From the NCBI RefSeq assembly GCF_002954445.1, contig NZ_MQWA01000001.1:2696192-2712458 (forward strand): 16,267 nucleotides of DNA. Reading direction: 5' to 3'. A program made the translations under genes and the position numbers. This DNA is from Rubritalea profundi (GTDB lineage Bacteria > Verrucomicrobiota > Verrucomicrobiia > Verrucomicrobiales > Akkermansiaceae). The notes beneath the pieces were generated by a model. It saw only the letters and a list, made by a program, of their open reading frames with translations. It had not been told where the DNA came from and did no database searches. Below are positions 14,664 through 16,267 of this stretch, piece after piece. Position 1 is the first letter of the stretch. Each line of letters starts with the position of its first letter.

Positions 14664-16267
14664 TTGACTACTTTAGCTACAACAAGCACGGTTCCAGCCG
14701 TCGCCGCCCGCGAGATTTTACGTCGCCGAACCTTTGCGATCATATCCCACCCGGATGCGGGGAAGACGACTCTCACCGAAAAGCTGCTTCTCTACGGCGG
14801 AGCGATCGGCTTGGCCGGGAGCGTCACATCAAAGAAAGAAAAACAGTCCACCTCCAGTGACTGGATGGATATGGAGAAAGAGCGTGGGATTTCGGTTTCC
14901 TCGACTGTGCTTCAATTTGACTACAAAGATTACTGCGTCAATCTGCTCGACACACCAGGGCACCATGACTTTTCCGAGGACACTTACAGGGTTCTTTCCG
15001 CTGTGGATGCAGCCATAATGGTTATCGATGCAGGTAAAGGGATTCAGGCGCAGACTTTGAAGTTGTTCGATGTTTGTCGTAAGCGCGGCGTCCCCATTTT
15101 CGTGTTTATCAACAAAATGGACCGTCCTTCGCGTCCGCCTTTGGAATTGATCGACGAATTGGAAACTGTGCTGAAACTAGCACCGGCTCCAGTCAACTGG
15201 CCGCTCGGTGATGGACCACGATTCCGTGGTGTTTTCGATAGGCAAAAAGGGCAGGTGAATCTTTTTGAGAAAACCGCGCACGGAGCGTTCAAGGCTCCTC
15301 TTTCAGTCGCCGGTATCGAGGATGATCAGGTCCGTGAGGCTATGGATGATGATATCTATGAGGCAGTGACCCAGGAGATCGAAATGCTCGATGGTCTGAC
15401 CGAACCATTAGATATCGAACAAGTGCTGGCTGGCGAGCAGATGCCGATTTATTTCGGTAGCGCTATGAACAACTTTGGTGTGCAGAACATGCTGGAGAGC
15501 TTTCTGGAGTTGGCTCCCGCTCCGGCTGGTCGAGTGAATGGCGGAGAAATGGTCTCTCCAAATACCGATAACTTTTCAGGGTTTGTTTTCAAGATTCAGG
15601 CAAACATGAACCCACGCCACCGCGACCGAGCTGTGTTCGTACGGATCGTTTCCGGAATCTTTGAACGTGATATGCAGGTTGTCGATCAACGCACTGGCAA
15701 GAAAGTCCGACTTTCGAATGCCCAGAAGTTGTTTGGTCAGGACCGCGAAACTCTCGATATTGCCTATGCTGGAGATATTCTAGCCCTTGTTGGAAACTAC
15801 GATTTCCTCATCGGGGACACCCTGACGACAGATTCTAAAGTTGTTTATAATGAGATGCCACGCTTCACTCCTGAGTGTTTCGCTTACATCCTCAACAATG
15901 ACACTGCCGGTATCAAACGCTACCGTTCAGGAATGGCGCAGTTGATGAAGGAAGGCGTGGCTCAGGCTTACCGTGTGCACGGCAGTTCTCAGGCAGTCCC
16001 TATGCTGGGAGCGGTTGGCCCCCTCCAGTTCGAGGTGCTCCAAGCGCGACTTCTTTCGGAGTACAAAGTCGAAACCCGAGTGGAAAGCCCGCCGTGGTCG
16101 GTTGTCCAATGGTTCAAGGAAAACGAGCCTGACACAGCAAGAAAAGCCCAAGATCCACCCAAAGTGAACCTCACCTCGGGATGTGTCCTAGCACAAGACC
16201 AAGATGGCAATTGGGTCGTTCTATTGAACTCCAAATACCTTGTATCCTTCGTCAAGGACCGCAACGA
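14664..16267 (+). CDS. prfC: Peptide chain release factor 3 (partial, continues past the window end)
   Basis: Absent from the ORF track because it has no stop in the window. Collinear with E. coli RF3: RRRTFAIISHPDAGKTTLTEKLLLYGGAI, DWMDMEKERGISV, LLDTPGHHDFSEDTYR, INKMDR, FVFKIQANMNPRHRDRAVFVRIVSG, GAVGPLQFEVLQARLLSEYKV. The frame opens after TGA 14610-14612 and has no ATG or GTG before the G1 motif. TTG at 14664 is the proposed start, and that position is uncertain. Confidence 0.9.
   Translation, partial: MTTLATTSTVPAVAAREILRRRTFAIISHPDAGKTTLTEKLLLYGGAIGLAGSVTSKKEKQSTSSDWMDMEKERGISVSSTVLQFDYKDYCVNLLDTPGHHDFSEDTYRVLSAVDAAIMVIDAGKGIQAQTLKLFDVCRKRGVPIFVFINKMDRPSRPPLELIDELETVLKLAPAPVNWPLGDGPRFRGVFDRQKGQVNLFEKTAHGAFKAPLSVAGIEDDQVREAMDDDIYEAVTQEIEMLDGLTEPLDIEQVLAGEQMPIYFGSAMNNFGVQNMLESFLELAPAPAGRVNGGEMVSPNTDNFSGFVFKIQANMNPRHRDRAVFVRIVSGIFERDMQVVDQRTGKKVRLSNAQKLFGQDRETLDIAYAGDILALVGNYDFLIGDTLTTDSKVVYNEMPRFTPECFAYILNNDTAGIKRYRSGMAQLMKEGVAQAYRVHGSSQAVPMLGAVGPLQFEVLQARLLSEYKVETRVESPPWSVVQWFKENEPDTARKAQDPPKVNLTSGCVLAQDQDGNWVVLLNSKYLVSFVKDRN

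Noticed and set aside
14609-16264. Track ORFs 14609-14860, 14734-15018, 15044-15292(-), 15927-16151(-), 15973-16167 and 15989-16264(-)
   Set aside because: All lie inside the continuous RF3 (prfC) reading frame, which runs from about 14664 to the window end with strong homology. They are alternative-frame artefacts.
1-16267. Search for CRISPR arrays, tRNA or rRNA genes, and transposase or integrase genes
   Set aside because: No regularly spaced direct repeats, no cloverleaf-like or rRNA-like sequences, and no transposase or integrase-like ORFs were seen. The only retroelement is the DGR.

Overview
This is a chromosomal window of roughly 50% GC. No Shine-Dalgarno motifs precede any start codon, and PEP-CTERM and DUF1080 proteins are present, so a Verrucomicrobiota/PVC-type bacterium is likely (inference only). 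Most of the window is housekeeping: an M23 peptidase, class I fumarate hydratase, a CPA2/Kef-type antiporter, a two-domain redoxin, ribosomal protein S14, an FmdB zinc-ribbon protein, a CNNM/CorC-HlyC transporter, a PspC-domain miniprotein, a DEAD-box helicase, a DUF1080 protein, and prfC running off the 3' end. The standout is 3023-5626, a complete and apparently active diversity-generating retroelement (DGR). It comprises a secreted FGE-sulfatase/C-type-lectin-fold target gene with a C-terminal variable region (VR 3743-3866), an Avd-like four-helix-bundle gene, a DGR-type reverse transcriptase, and a 124-nt template region (TR 5503-5626) downstream of the RT. VR and TR align without gaps. 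They differ at 21 positions, and all 21 are TR adenines. The target protein ends in a PEP-CTERM sorting signal immediately after the VR, and a GC hairpin present only on the VR side straddles the 3' homology boundary. Three genes (fumA-like, rpsN, and a split hypothetical ORF next to the DGR) look broken by single-base losses in G/C runs, which suggests sequencing or assembly error rather than real pseudogenes. No tRNA, rRNA or CRISPR array was seen.
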